From Candidatus Dojkabacteria bacterium (GTDB lineage Bacteria > Patescibacteriota > Dojkabacteria > GCA-002793355), in NCBI GenBank assembly GCA_030583825.1, contig CP129477.1:247252-311251 (forward strand): a DNA stretch of 64,000 nt. The letters run 5' to 3'. The first letter of the stretch is position 1. The number at the start of each line of letters is the position of its first letter. The notes beneath the pieces were generated by a model that was given only the letters and a program-made list of their open reading frames with translations, had not been told where the DNA came from and did no database searches. The position numbers were made by a program, and so were the translations under genes. Of the stretch, positions 45,370 through 55,712 are shown in pieces.

Positions 45370-46144
45370 CTTTTTTTCAGCAATCGCAACTATCGCCTAC
45401 CGTGATGTTTTAAAGCTGTTTCGTGATATTCCACGATTGATATTCAGCTTTATTTTTCCAATCTTGTTTGTCGGCGTGTTAGGAACAAGCATGCAGGCGA
45501 GTTTTGGGGCAGCTTCCGGTCAGGACTTACTTACATTCACTTTTCTTGGAGTTCTTGCGCAAACGTTATTCCAGTCAACGGCAGCAGGCATTATCTCTCT
45601 TATTGAAGACAGAGAAAACGACTATAGCCAGGAAATTTTTGTCTCTCCGACAAACCGCTATGCAATTCTTTTAGGAAAAATTGTTGGAGAATCCGCAGTA
45701 TCCTTCGTTCAGGTTGTCGGTGTCGTCGCATTTGGATTGCTTATTGGAGTAAATATTTCACTCGTACAGCTTCTCGTGTTAATCCCTGTTGGCATACTCA
45801 TTTGTCTGCTTGGAGGATCCTTCGGAATTCTCGTGCTTGCAAACTTGAACAACCAGCGCACAGCGAATCAAATATTTCCATTTTTGATATTTCCACAACT
45901 GTTCTTAGGCGGAGTTTTTGCTCCTGTCGGAATGCTTCCATTGCCACTATATCTACTTTCGAGAATTGCGCCATTAACTTACGCTGTTGATCTCGTTCGT
46001 GGAGTCTATTTTGCTACTGAGGGTGTCCAGTCCAGTCTGGTGTTACTTAATCCATGGACAAACCTCCTCGTGGTTATTGGCATGTTTCTTGTATTTTTGG
46101 TAATCGGGACGTACGTATTCGTAAGAAATGAAAAAAATAGGTAA
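45362..46144 (+). CDS. ABC-2 family transporter permease
   Basis: Six TM helices. It overlaps the ATPase stop. Confidence 0.65.
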   Translation: MFSFFSAIATIAYRDVLKLFRDIPRLIFSFIFPILFVGVLGTSMQASFGAASGQDLLTFTFLGVLAQTLFQSTAAGIISLIEDRENDYSQEIFVSPTNRYAILLGKIVGESAVSFVQVVGVVAFGLLIGVNISLVQLLVLIPVGILICLLGGSFGILVLANLNNQRTANQIFPFLIFPQLFLGGVFAPVGMLPLPLYLLSRIAPLTYAVDLVRGVYFATEGVQSSLVLLNPWTNLLVVIGMFLVFLVIGTYVFVRNEKNR

Positions 46145-46254
46145 GTTGGAATGAATCCATAAATTTTTTAGTGAACTCAAGCCCGTTTCTATATATAGAT
46201 TTTGTGTGAGATGTTAAGAAAAATTTATGTTTGAGTGACAATTGACCTATTTTT

Positions 46255-46263
46255 TGGTATAAT
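46255..46263 (+). promoter_or_regulatory. Extended -10 promoter TGGTATAAT
   Basis: The same TGGTATAAT element as at 5195. It is followed by a roughly 200-nt leader containing repeated GTGACAATTG motifs. Confidence 0.4.
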
Positions 46264-46479
46264 ACATTAATTTAGTATCAAAATTGATAGCACTTACACT
46301 CAAATACGGAGCAAAAGGAGTTTTTGCAATAAATGAATTTTCTTTTTGAAAGAGCATTCATCCCTTGTAAAAAATATCCTTCTCCATTTTTATACAGTGA
46401 CAATTGTTTTTTGTCGCCCATTTGAGTGAGTTTTGTACGTCAATTAAGAGCTAAAGCATATAACTTATTTTTATTATTT

Positions 46480-47223
46480 ATGTTTAAAGCACTCTTAATG
46501 GATCTTGATGACACACTCATCAAAAGCAGCCAGGTGTATGACCGCGCATTGGAATTTTCTGCCTATTTTCTTGCAGAGAAAAATAAGCTTCCTAAAGACG
46601 AATTCTTTGCAATCGTTCGTAAGAAAGATACACTTATCAGAAAGAACTTTCCTACCGTACATACTCGTCATAGCCGTATTCTTGTGTTTAGGCACGCATT
46701 GGACGAAATTAAAGCGAACTATTCTCTTTCTGACTTACCAGCAGCAGAAGACTTATACTGGACATTTTTTGACCAAAACGTCGAGGTATATCCGGGAGTT
46801 TACGAAGCCTTGGACAAAATCCGTATGGCTGGAATTCAGATTGGTATTATTTCTGACGGTGATCTTCGTGGACGTATTCGAAAGGTCGAAGCAAAAGGTC
46901 TCTTGCCGTATATTGACGAATTGTTTGCATCGGAAGAAACAATCTTCGAAAAGCCATTTTCTGCAATTTTCACATTAGCGTTGTCAAAGTTTGAAGTCAA
47001 AGCTCACGACGCGCTCATGATCGGAAATAACTATAAAAATGACATCCAAGGGGCACAGTTAGTTGGGATTAAAGCCGCGATCTATAACCCTCCGGCAGAT
47101 GGACATGTGGAAGGCCATGACGAAGCAATCATTGCAGATTACGAGTTTACACACTACAACGAATTGCCTGAAATTCTCGGCTTATACCCTGAAGCTTCAA
47201 AAACTACTAAAAAGAAAGCCTAG
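46480..47223 (+). CDS. HAD-superfamily hydrolase
   Basis: MFKALLMDLDDTLI N-terminus (DxD motif). The start is moved to the Met adjacent to the motif. Confidence 0.65.
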   Translation: MFKALLMDLDDTLIKSSQVYDRALEFSAYFLAEKNKLPKDEFFAIVRKKDTLIRKNFPTVHTRHSRILVFRHALDEIKANYSLSDLPAAEDLYWTFFDQNVEVYPGVYEALDKIRMAGIQIGIISDGDLRGRIRKVEAKGLLPYIDELFASEETIFEKPFSAIFTLALSKFEVKAHDALMIGNNYKNDIQGAQLVGIKAAIYNPPADGHVEGHDEAIIADYEFTHYNELPEILGLYPEASKTTKKKA

Positions 47224-47882
47224 TTTTTGATTTCAACGCCACCGAATACGATTGCTCCAGTAATTTTGATTGTTGCTACAGGCTTGTCCGGTACGACTGC
47301 TTTGTTTTCCCAGCCACCGAAAATAACGGTTCCATCACTGATAACTGCAACATCGTGAGGAATAAATACTTCTCCTCCACCAAAAAGACCGTCAAGGACG
47401 ATTTCTGCACCGTCTTCGACCTGAGCATTTCGCAAATCGAGAGTAAAGCCACCAAACATGTAGACAATCTTTCCACCTTTAAAATTTTTGCTGACGACTT
47501 TTTTGGACACTGCACCGAAAAACGCAGTTCCATCAATTACATCTTCAGAGGTTATATTTGATTCGTTTACTCGTCCCGGAAACTTTGGTTTGAATAAGAT
47601 CATTCCTCCAACACCGATAAGCACTAACGGCCATAACAATCCAAAAGCGTTAATGCTAAACAAGCTGGATACAAGAAATACTGCTCCAAATCCAAGCATA
47701 ATTATACCCATTGCAGTGCTCTTTCGTGCAAGCATGTACAATCCTACCGCGAGAATAATGACCGGCCAAAAACGAACTGGACTAAAGCCAATGCTGAATT
47801 GATCAAGTAAAAAGGAAAGTCCAAAAAATATGAGTAAAAAGCCTATCAACATTCGTCCCATCTGATTATTATTCATATACAA
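47220..47882 (-). CDS. LiaF/YvqF-like membrane protein (DUF2154 C-terminal domain)
   Basis: N-terminal TM helices followed by a beta-rich GG-repeat C-terminus (LDGLFGGGEVFIPHDVAVISDGTVIFGG...FGGVEIKN). Confidence 0.45.
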   Translation of the reverse strand: MYMNNNQMGRMLIGFLLIFFGLSFLLDQFSIGFSPVRFWPVIILAVGLYMLARKSTAMGIIMLGFGAVFLVSSLFSINAFGLLWPLVLIGVGGMILFKPKFPGRVNESNITSEDVIDGTAFFGAVSKKVVSKNFKGGKIVYMFGGFTLDLRNAQVEDGAEIVLDGLFGGGEVFIPHDVAVISDGTVIFGGWENKAVVPDKPVATIKITGAIVFGGVEIKN

Positions 47883-47940
47883 GTTTAGATTTAATTAAGC
47901 TTACTTCAATAATACCCGGAAATTGTGAAAAAGCCAATTC

Positions 47941-48423
47941 TCAAACGAGAGTTTCCGTTAATCGGAGCCGCCTTTGCGGCGCATTTGATTCACCTTCAGA
48001 TTGATACTTTTGTGGAATTACTTCTTCTTTGGTACCATCATCGCCTTTAAGAGCATTCCATAGCCGTTTTGCACCAGCAATAACTGCCCTGCCGGTAAGT
48101 TCTACAGTATCAACCGTGATTGCTGCGGCAGTAAGTCCAGTCATCATTGCAACAAGAGCTAACCGACGGACACTCGAGGGATGATCAACATATACTTTTT
48201 CTCCCGCGATACCTCTGGCGATTTGTGAACCAGCACTGCCAATTGCTTCAACAAGCGCAGGAGCGACATCACGCGTATTTCCAAAAATACGGTATTCATC
48301 AGTACTCCCGGAGTTTTCAGCCTGTTGAGAAGGTTGTGTCGTTACTGCAGTAGCCTCGGTTGTATCCGCAATAGGAGACAGTGAATCACTTGAAAAAATA
48401 TCGTCGTCGTATTCGCTTTCCAT
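47941..48423 (-). CDS. Hypothetical protein (160 aa)
   Basis: A higher-GC ORF with an acidic N-terminus. Confidence 0.4.
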   Translation of the reverse strand: MESEYDDDIFSSDSLSPIADTTEATAVTTQPSQQAENSGSTDEYRIFGNTRDVAPALVEAIGSAGSQIARGIAGEKVYVDHPSSVRRLALVAMMTGLTAAAITVDTVELTGRAVIAGAKRLWNALKGDDGTKEEVIPQKYQSEGESNAPQRRLRLTETLV

Positions 48424-48460
48424 GATTCATTATATGAACCCCGGAAGGTTGTGTCAAAAA

Positions 48461-48760
48461 CTATCGTACGCTGCGATAAATCTTGCTTGCAAACTTTTCT
48501 GCTTTTCGTCCTGCCTGAAGTGCTGAGAAAATCCCTCGTACGATAATTCCAACTGCAACAACAAGTATTGCAAGGAGAAAACCGTTAAAAGAGTCATCAT
48601 CTGTGTGAAGTCCAAGCATTTCGCTCATTCCAAAAAATGCGATAGTTCCACTTACAAGAATAACGGCAGCAACCAATGAGCCGATCAGATTGCGTGTTTG
48701 AGCGTGACGATATTTATTTTCCAGATACATTGCGTACTGAATAGCTTTTTCTCTGTCCAT
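48461..48760 (-). CDS. Small membrane protein with 2 TM helices
   Basis: A 99-aa protein with two hydrophobic helices. Confidence 0.4.
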   Translation of the reverse strand: MDREKAIQYAMYLENKYRHAQTRNLIGSLVAAVILVSGTIAFFGMSEMLGLHTDDDSFNGFLLAILVVAVGIIVRGIFSALQAGRKAEKFASKIYRSVR

Positions 48761-48857
48761 GAAACAGAAGCTAAAGTTAGATATGTTCTAATTATACCCT
48801 AAAAAAGAAGTTTATGAGACATTCAACCTTATAGACATTTGCAACTAGAGGAAGTCC

Positions 48858-50390
48858 CTACTTTTTTCGCAGGGAAAGTTTTCTCCTATAGAAAGCTTGA
48901 AGTTCTTCGCTAGGCCCGTTTTGGGGAGGATTCTCATTATTTTGTCTAAAATCACCCCGGATTAATGCAACTAAATCATCGTCTTCGCGCGGAAACCACC
49001 ATGTAAGCGTTCCTCCCCAATCATCAGGCACAAAATGTGGAGGTTTTACAACATCTTTACGGATTTTCACTCTTAATCCAAGTTCTCTTTCAGCTTCGGC
49101 AATTGCGCGACGACTCCATCCTTCATTTACAAAAATATACCCTTCTTCTGCTTGTAATCTATGCCAATGCGTAGGAAATCCCCTCTCTATTGCATGTGCT
49201 TCAGCTTCGCGCACTCTTTGTTCATGCATTGCGGACTGCTCTTCGAATGTTCTTCTTGCATACTCTGAAAGCACAAATTGCTTCAATCGCTGACGAAAAG
49301 GAAATCCTGTAGCATTTTCAACGCTGACGCTTCGAGGATAAATTGTAACAAGTGACGTATGCAATTGTATCTCGCGAAAGAGATCTCTTTGCAGCTGCAT
49401 TCTTTCAAATTTTGTTTTATACCCTCCGGCTTGCACAAGATGGTTTTGCTTTTGTTTAGACGATGGCCGTTCAATACGTCGTTTCCATTCAAGCACTACA
49501 GCATTCACTATGGCACGACCGTTTTCTTCATAAAATGCGCCCTCAATTGAGCTTGCTGATTCCAACAGAGATAAAACATCCACACCTTGCGCGTAGTCAA
49601 TAATTGCATGTACCATATCTACCCGCCGTTGCACTTGTTCTTGTCGTTCATACTCATCTTCTGAAAGTGAGCCCTGCAACAATACTCCCAATACATCAAC
49701 ACGGGCGGCGCCAACAGACGCGCTTACTTCGTTATCATTTGTTGTTGCGATATGGCCAAATTCCGTAGAAGGCATACTTGCGGGGCCAAGATATAAAATA
49801 TGGTCATTTTCCCGTAAGAACATCATAAACTGCCCCAATGTTAGGCAAATATTAAAAGGTGTTGCGTCCGCAACTTGAAATGTAGAGCGCGCATCAGCGT
49901 AGTCTCGACAATCCTGAAAATATCCACGAAGTGTATGAATTGCGTGCTGCGAAGACATTCGACGAACTTCCTGGCCCAATTCTGTAGAGACACTGGATGC
50001 AAGTGAAGCCACTACAATACCGACATCGCGGTTGATCTGACGCTCGTTACGGCCGGAAACGCTGTACATATCCAAAATATCAACAGCCAGTAACATTTCT
50101 TCGGGTGACACATGTGACAATCCTCCCTGCATTGCGAGTTTTTCTCGCGACGGCATGGATAAATAATCTACAATGGTTTGTTCCAATACTTCGCCATGCG
50201 AGCCATACACTTTATGCATAAACTGCTCATTAACTACGGGACTTTCGCAAAGCCTAGACGCAGCGGCATTAACTTCAACAAGTTGAGATGTCTCCTTTTC
50301 AGGAGTTTCTATGTCTTCAAAAATTTGAGGGTTGGGGTCAAATTGCACTACATCCTGAAAATTAACTGGAATATGAGTGCTCCTCCCCAT
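48858..50390 (-). CDS. Hypothetical protein (510 aa)
   Basis: A long higher-GC ORF, Arg/Glu-rich, with no recognisable motif. Confidence 0.45.
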   Translation of the reverse strand: MGRSTHIPVNFQDVVQFDPNPQIFEDIETPEKETSQLVEVNAAASRLCESPVVNEQFMHKVYGSHGEVLEQTIVDYLSMPSREKLAMQGGLSHVSPEEMLLAVDILDMYSVSGRNERQINRDVGIVVASLASSVSTELGQEVRRMSSQHAIHTLRGYFQDCRDYADARSTFQVADATPFNICLTLGQFMMFLRENDHILYLGPASMPSTEFGHIATTNDNEVSASVGAARVDVLGVLLQGSLSEDEYERQEQVQRRVDMVHAIIDYAQGVDVLSLLESASSIEGAFYEENGRAIVNAVVLEWKRRIERPSSKQKQNHLVQAGGYKTKFERMQLQRDLFREIQLHTSLVTIYPRSVSVENATGFPFRQRLKQFVLSEYARRTFEEQSAMHEQRVREAEAHAIERGFPTHWHRLQAEEGYIFVNEGWSRRAIAEAERELGLRVKIRKDVVKPPHFVPDDWGGTLTWWFPREDDDLVALIRGDFRQNNENPPQNGPSEELQAFYRRKLSLRKK

Positions 50391-50501
50391 TCAACATATA
50401 GTATGAATTTACTTTCTAATCTACTACGGATTGTAGTACTCTGTCAATATTCTGACGTAAGAGGATATCTAAGAAAGTACCTCAAAAAGAAATAGTGATT
50501 A

Positions 50502-52082
50502 TTAATTTAACGTTTTTTCCATCCACTCTTTGGCGGCATTAACCTCTTCCTGAGTTACTTCGTGGCCACCATCATGTTGAAAGTACGTAACATTTGCGTG
50601 AGCATTTGCAAATACTTCTTTTAATTTTCCTACTTCTTCAGGAGAAGTTGTTTGGTCTTTTGCTCCGGAAGTAACAAGAATCTGCGTATCTTCCAGTGAT
50701 AATTCGGAATCTATTGAAGAGAGTACGAGCATTGGGTGCATAAGTACCGCATATTTTACTTTGTCAGGATGCAGCAACATATACGATAGAATAAAGTTTG
50801 CACCATTCGAAAAGCCGATAAATACTGTATTCTCAGAAGAGATATTCTGATCTGCTAAAAATGTATCTAATTTTTCAACTTCTGATGTAATATTTTCTAT
50901 ATCAAACGAGCCATCATCATTGCGAATAAAGAATCTGTTCATACCGTGCTGAATGATATTTCCGCGAATGCTTAAAACACTTGCCGTTGGGTATACCTGA
51001 TGGACAAATGGCAAAAGATCATATTCATCGCCACCAGTGCCGTGAAAAAGAGCAAGAGTGTATTTTGACTTTTCTTCAGGGATTGATAAATATTGAAAAA
51101 GCTCGCTTTTTTGAGGCTGTTTGGTTTTTATCTCGTTGGAAGAGTCAGAACTTTCACCTGTGTACAATTCAGGTAGTTGCGTTTCAATAAATTGACGTAA
51201 CTTTTCATACTTTGGAGGAAGTTTTAACGATTCTCCTAAGTGGGCGAGTTCTTCATCAGCCGTAAAGCCAGGATCATCTGTAGCGATTTCGAATAATATG
51301 CCACTCGGTTCGGCAAAATAAATAGATGAGAAGTAAAATCGGTCAATAAGAGGTGTCGGCATGTAATTTTCTGCATTAAGTTTCTCTCGTAGTGCTTCCT
51401 GCTCTTTTTTCGCAGGAACACGAAACGCAATATGATGGTTAGTTCCCGCGGCAACTTTGCCACGTGGCCATTCTTTCATTTGGAAAATATCCAGAAACTT
51501 CGCAGATTCTGCTTGTTTATTTATAAAACGCGTGTGAAATTCTTCGGTACTTACCTTCTCGTAACCTAAAAGCTCAAGCGTTGGAATTGTTTTTTCGGCA
51601 TCATCTACGCATAGTTCGGCACCATAAAATCCTCGAATTGCGTATTCTTCTGAGATATCTTTATACTTCCATGGCTTGATTTTGTCATTTTCGTTTGTAC
51701 TCACCAGCTCAAGCTGCAATCCGTCAGGGTCGTAAAAGGTCAATACACTATTTCCGAGCTTTTTTTTGATTTCTGTATGGCGAGTATTCGTTTGAATAAA
51801 GCGAGATATCCAAAATCCGAGCGATTCAAGAGGAACAGCAAAATAGATTGTACTTATCTGTCCTGGGCCACGAGTTCCGGTGCCAATATTTTCAAAAGGA
51901 AAAAACGTGAGTGCAGTTCCCGGCTCACCTGATTCATTACCAAAGTAAAGATGATAGACATTAGGAGCATCAAAATTTACAGTCTTTTTAATAAAGCGAA
52001 GGCCAAGAATTTTTGTATAGAAATCATAGGTTTTCTGTGCGTTTGAGCTGAGTGCGGTAATGTGGTGAATGCCAAATGTCAT
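50502..52082 (-). CDS. Fusion protein: VOC/glyoxalase-type ring-cleaving dioxygenase-like domains plus a C-terminal alpha/beta-hydrolase (carboxylesterase-like)
   Basis: VOC N-terminus (GIHHITALSSNAQKTYDFYTKILGL). C-terminal serine-hydrolase elbow (VFIGFSNGANF) and a HDGGH region. Confidence 0.6.
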   Translation of the reverse strand: MTFGIHHITALSSNAQKTYDFYTKILGLRFIKKTVNFDAPNVYHLYFGNESGEPGTALTFFPFENIGTGTRGPGQISTIYFAVPLESLGFWISRFIQTNTRHTEIKKKLGNSVLTFYDPDGLQLELVSTNENDKIKPWKYKDISEEYAIRGFYGAELCVDDAEKTIPTLELLGYEKVSTEEFHTRFINKQAESAKFLDIFQMKEWPRGKVAAGTNHHIAFRVPAKKEQEALREKLNAENYMPTPLIDRFYFSSIYFAEPSGILFEIATDDPGFTADEELAHLGESLKLPPKYEKLRQFIETQLPELYTGESSDSSNEIKTKQPQKSELFQYLSIPEEKSKYTLALFHGTGGDEYDLLPFVHQVYPTASVLSIRGNIIQHGMNRFFIRNDDGSFDIENITSEVEKLDTFLADQNISSENTVFIGFSNGANFILSYMLLHPDKVKYAVLMHPMLVLSSIDSELSLEDTQILVTSGAKDQTTSPEEVGKLKEVFANAHANVTYFQHDGGHEVTQEEVNAAKEWMEKTLN

Positions 52083-52173
52083 GAAATATTATACATTGGT
52101 GTTGAAATTTAATAAAAATGTTGCGCCCTGTAAGGAAAGTGTTGAAAAGAATGATTCCTTACAGGGTTTGTAG

Positions 52174-52620
52174 TCAGGGTTTCGGGCGAAAGTGATCTCT
52201 CACAAGTTGATTCCAGTCGGGACGTTCATCACCAACAATGGCGAAAGTGACATGAGACCGGTGGGTCAGAACAGTGACTTCATCACCGTAGTCTAAAAAG
52301 AGTTCACGCAATTCAGCTTCAGTTGGATCTTTCATAACTATTCCATCACAGGAGAGGATTTCTCCGTGAGTGAGAAAAGTTTGAGAGTCGTACAAAAATT
52401 GCGCGCCGATCGCGTTACCGCGTTCCAATTCTTCGATGACATGGCACTCTGTACAGAGCGCACGTCCATTAGCAGGGTTGTTATCCTCTGCCTTCTGGTG
52501 GAGTTCAGGCCAGTGAGCAGCCTGCAGGTTCCATCCCTGAGAACGAGACTTCCCACATGTTTGGCATGTGAACTGATCCCGTTTCAGGATGCGCTTTTTC
52601 GCATCATACGTGAAAGCCAA
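52174..52620 (-). CDS. HNH endonuclease domain protein with a C-terminal domain of unknown function
   Basis: HNH motif (CQTCGKS...AHW...NGRALCTECH). Confidence 0.6.
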   Translation of the reverse strand: MAFTYDAKKRILKRDQFTCQTCGKSRSQGWNLQAAHWPELHQKAEDNNPANGRALCTECHVIEELERGNAIGAQFLYDSQTFLTHGEILSCDGIVMKDPTEAELRELFLDYGDEVTVLTHRSHVTFAIVGDERPDWNQLVRDHFRPKP

Positions 52621-52778
52621 AATCGGCTCCTTTCCTTGTTAAAATACCTGACAATTCAATACATAATTATACCAAAAACTATAGGTCTTGTCCACTGCTA
52701 AAATTTGTAAATGTACCACAGAACCGGGCATTCTGATACAACACGATTTTTTCACGAATACAGTCGTATAGTTTTAGT

Positions 52779-53456
52779 ATGAGTAATTATATTTTGGAGC
52801 TACAGAAGGTATCAAAAGACTACAAAAACGGTGGACATACGACTACCGCAGTCAAAGATATCACGTATCATCTGCCCGCAGGCGAGAGCCTTGCTGTTAT
52901 CGGCCCGTCCGGAAGTGGAAAATCTACACTTCTTAACCTTATTGGCGGACTTGACGTCCCTACAAGGGGGAAAGTTATTATCAACGAGCAGGATATTTCC
53001 AAGCTGAATGATAAAGCACTGTCCCAATTTAGAAACAAAACCATTGGATTTGTGTTTCAGTTCTTTAACCTGCAGGATTACCTTCACGCGTACGAAAATG
53101 TCATGATTCCTATGCTTTTTTCTGGAATCTCACACGTTCAGGCGAAAGAAAAAGCTCACGAACTACTAAAAAGTGTCGGATTGGAAAAACGTGCAAATTA
53201 TTACCCAAAACAGCTTTCCGGCGGAGAGATGCAACGCGTTGCGATTGCACGAAGCCTCGCAAATGATCCAAAAATTCTTCTCGCAGATGAACCTACCGCA
53301 AATTTGGACAAAAAAAGTGCCGAAATGATACTCGAAACTTTCGACACAATCTCAAAGCGAGGAGTAAGTTTGATCGTTATCACTCATGACAATAATGTCA
53401 GTAAAAACTTTAAAAATATCCTTCACATCAGCAATGGTGAATTAGTTAAAGAATAA
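52779..53456 (+). CDS. ABC transporter ATP-binding protein (MacB/LolD/FtsE-like)
   Basis: Walker A GPSGSGKST, signature LSGGEMQRVAIARSL, Walker B LLADEPT. Confidence 0.85.
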   Translation: MSNYILELQKVSKDYKNGGHTTTAVKDITYHLPAGESLAVIGPSGSGKSTLLNLIGGLDVPTRGKVIINEQDISKLNDKALSQFRNKTIGFVFQFFNLQDYLHAYENVMIPMLFSGISHVQAKEKAHELLKSVGLEKRANYYPKQLSGGEMQRVAIARSLANDPKILLADEPTANLDKKSAEMILETFDTISKRGVSLIVITHDNNVSKNFKNILHISNGELVKE

Positions 53457-53461
53457 TAATT

Positions 53462-55411
53462 ATGAATATATTTCAAGCACAAAGCCTTGGATTGAAGAAA
53501 ATCCGCTTTAATAAAGGAAAGTCTCTCTTTGTTATTTTGCCCGTTGCGATACTGTTTGCGATTATTGTGATCGCGTCAAGTGAAGCGCAAAATATTATAA
53601 ATGTTGCTCATAACAACATTTTTAGCCCGATTCAGGGACAAAATGAAGTATTGGAAATAACAAAGAATACGATGCAAATGCCGGGCCTTCAAGATCTTTC
53701 CGATAGCGAAAGTACCGGATTTACTGAAGATGACATTAAAAATATTTCCGCAATCGAAAATGTTGAAAAAGCGAGCCTAATATCCCAATTGCCGATTTCT
53801 CGCATAAAGACTTCAAGCCTTTTTGATAACAAAAAAGTAACAATTAGTGCATTAGCTGGTCTTGATCCTGAGTATGCGAAGCTATATACAGACAAAAGCT
53901 TTGAATATCTCGAAGGTCAGCCAATTCCGATTGTTCTTAATGCGAACGATTTTTACGAAATATACGAAGACTGGCAAGGCCAGACCGAAATTGCGATAAA
54001 CTTTACGCGTGGTGGAGCTAACTCTGAAGCAAGTTCGCAAAGTCCAATTAAAAATCGGGCAATTTCTTACTCTCGTGACGAACTTATCGGGAAAATTATC
54101 ACAATTGAGTTTGGAGGTCTTGCAGACTTACCGACATACACTCAAGAACCATCTAGTACCGGATTTACGTTCAAATTAAAGTCCGCAGAAACGTTGGTTG
54201 CAGAAGAAGAATCCAGAAAAACTGCTATATCGAAATACTGGGAGTATGACAAAATTTCAAAACCACTCTCGTACGAGTTTGTCGTAGTAGGAATTTCCGA
54301 GGGAAGCGACAAAACAATGGCCTATGTTCCTTCTTCTTTCGCAAATAGTCTCATGACAACATATGTTTCAAACGAAATGACTGCACGTAACGGTACAACA
54401 ATGCCTAGCGAAGAATATAACGCAACTTACACGGGATTAGTATATGACGGCGTCACTTTAGGCAGTGACAGCGCGAGCCAAATATTTGCAGGAATTAGAA
54501 ATCAGGTTACAGGACAAGTTCGTAACCAGTTCGCAGAAGTTAATCGGCAAATTGATAGCCAGAACCGTCAAATATCGCGAGCCAACTCACAGAATGCGCA
54601 AGGTGGACAGTTTCAAGCGGCACCAGGGCAGGGAGGAATGCAGCCTATTCGAATTCAAAGAATTTCAGGTATTGGCAATTTGGATCCAGGAGCAATAAGT
54701 ATTACATTTCCAGGAGCAGCAACATCCTACGAAATTCCTGGATTAGTATTTCAGAAAGATAGAACCGCAGGCGGCCTTACTGGTGAATATCGAGACTTCA
54801 ATCTTGAAGAGGAAATTCCTTTAACAAGTAATAAAGTTATTGTGAAAATGAGCAGTGTTACCGCACGTGAGCAGGTTGTTTCAGCACTAAACGATACAGG
54901 CTATACGTATCAGGACTTTAGTATGTACAAAGAGTTTTCAACGTTGGAATCTTACCTTCACCTTGTTCTCAATATTGCATCAGGTATTTTTATGGTCATT
55001 ACGGCGCTCTTTGTGCTTATCAATATGGCAAAGTTTGTATCTGAAAGCAAAAAAGAAATTGGTATCTTTCGTGCGATCGGAGCGAGCAAAATGGACATTC
55101 GCGTCATATTTATTTTGCAGTCACTGCTCTACATCGCACTTTCACTGGTATTAGGAGGTATTCTTGGAGGAATTGGCATACTCGCATTAAGCAATATTAT
55201 GGTCAGCTCCTCTCAAATGTTTATTACAAATACATTAGGAAGCTCAATTACACTTGCACAGACCATATCTGCAGCACAATTTCTGAGCTTGAATTTGCAG
55301 ATGGTTACAATGTATTCAGCGGCTTTGCTGGCAGTGACATTGTTTATATCGCTGATTCCGGCAGAACAAGCAGCAAAAGTCAGCCCAGTTGAGGCAATTA
55401 GAAACAGTTAA
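53462..55411 (+). CDS. FtsX/MacB-like ABC transporter permease with a large extracytoplasmic domain
   Basis: An N-terminal TM helix, a roughly 450-aa extracytoplasmic region and a C-terminal FtsX-type 3-TM bundle. Confidence 0.7.
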   Translation: MNIFQAQSLGLKKIRFNKGKSLFVILPVAILFAIIVIASSEAQNIINVAHNNIFSPIQGQNEVLEITKNTMQMPGLQDLSDSESTGFTEDDIKNISAIENVEKASLISQLPISRIKTSSLFDNKKVTISALAGLDPEYAKLYTDKSFEYLEGQPIPIVLNANDFYEIYEDWQGQTEIAINFTRGGANSEASSQSPIKNRAISYSRDELIGKIITIEFGGLADLPTYTQEPSSTGFTFKLKSAETLVAEEESRKTAISKYWEYDKISKPLSYEFVVVGISEGSDKTMAYVPSSFANSLMTTYVSNEMTARNGTTMPSEEYNATYTGLVYDGVTLGSDSASQIFAGIRNQVTGQVRNQFAEVNRQIDSQNRQISRANSQNAQGGQFQAAPGQGGMQPIRIQRISGIGNLDPGAISITFPGAATSYEIPGLVFQKDRTAGGLTGEYRDFNLEEEIPLTSNKVIVKMSSVTAREQVVSALNDTGYTYQDFSMYKEFSTLESYLHLVLNIASGIFMVITALFVLINMAKFVSESKKEIGIFRAIGASKMDIRVIFILQSLLYIALSLVLGGILGGIGILALSNIMVSSSQMFITNTLGSSITLAQTISAAQFLSLNLQMVTMYSAALLAVTLFISLIPAEQAAKVSPVEAIRNS

Positions 55412-55545
55412 CACTAAGAAACTATCGTAATTCTTACTGCCGTGGAATATATTTAATCTAACCAAGAGGACTGCTTCTTTTTGCAACACGCAGCATAGGG
55501 ACAATGCGGGCAGATCTTGCAGAAGCAGCAGTTCATATATAACAG

Positions 55546-55570
55546 AAAGGGGCGCTTTCGCGCCCCTTTT
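55546..55570. terminator. Bidirectional rho-independent terminator
   Basis: AAAGGGGCGC-TTTC-GCGCCCCTTTT perfect hairpin with a T-run. Confidence 0.65.
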
Positions 55571-55712
55571 CTATTTTGGTACCTAGAGAACCTGACTTAG
55601 AGATTGGAACAACGCTCATATCTGCGCCGTCCGGCCTTGCAACACAATAGCAAATCGTTGCTATTGGTTGCTACGGTTCCGTAAAACTCATTGAAGAATA
55701 AAACAGGGAGTT

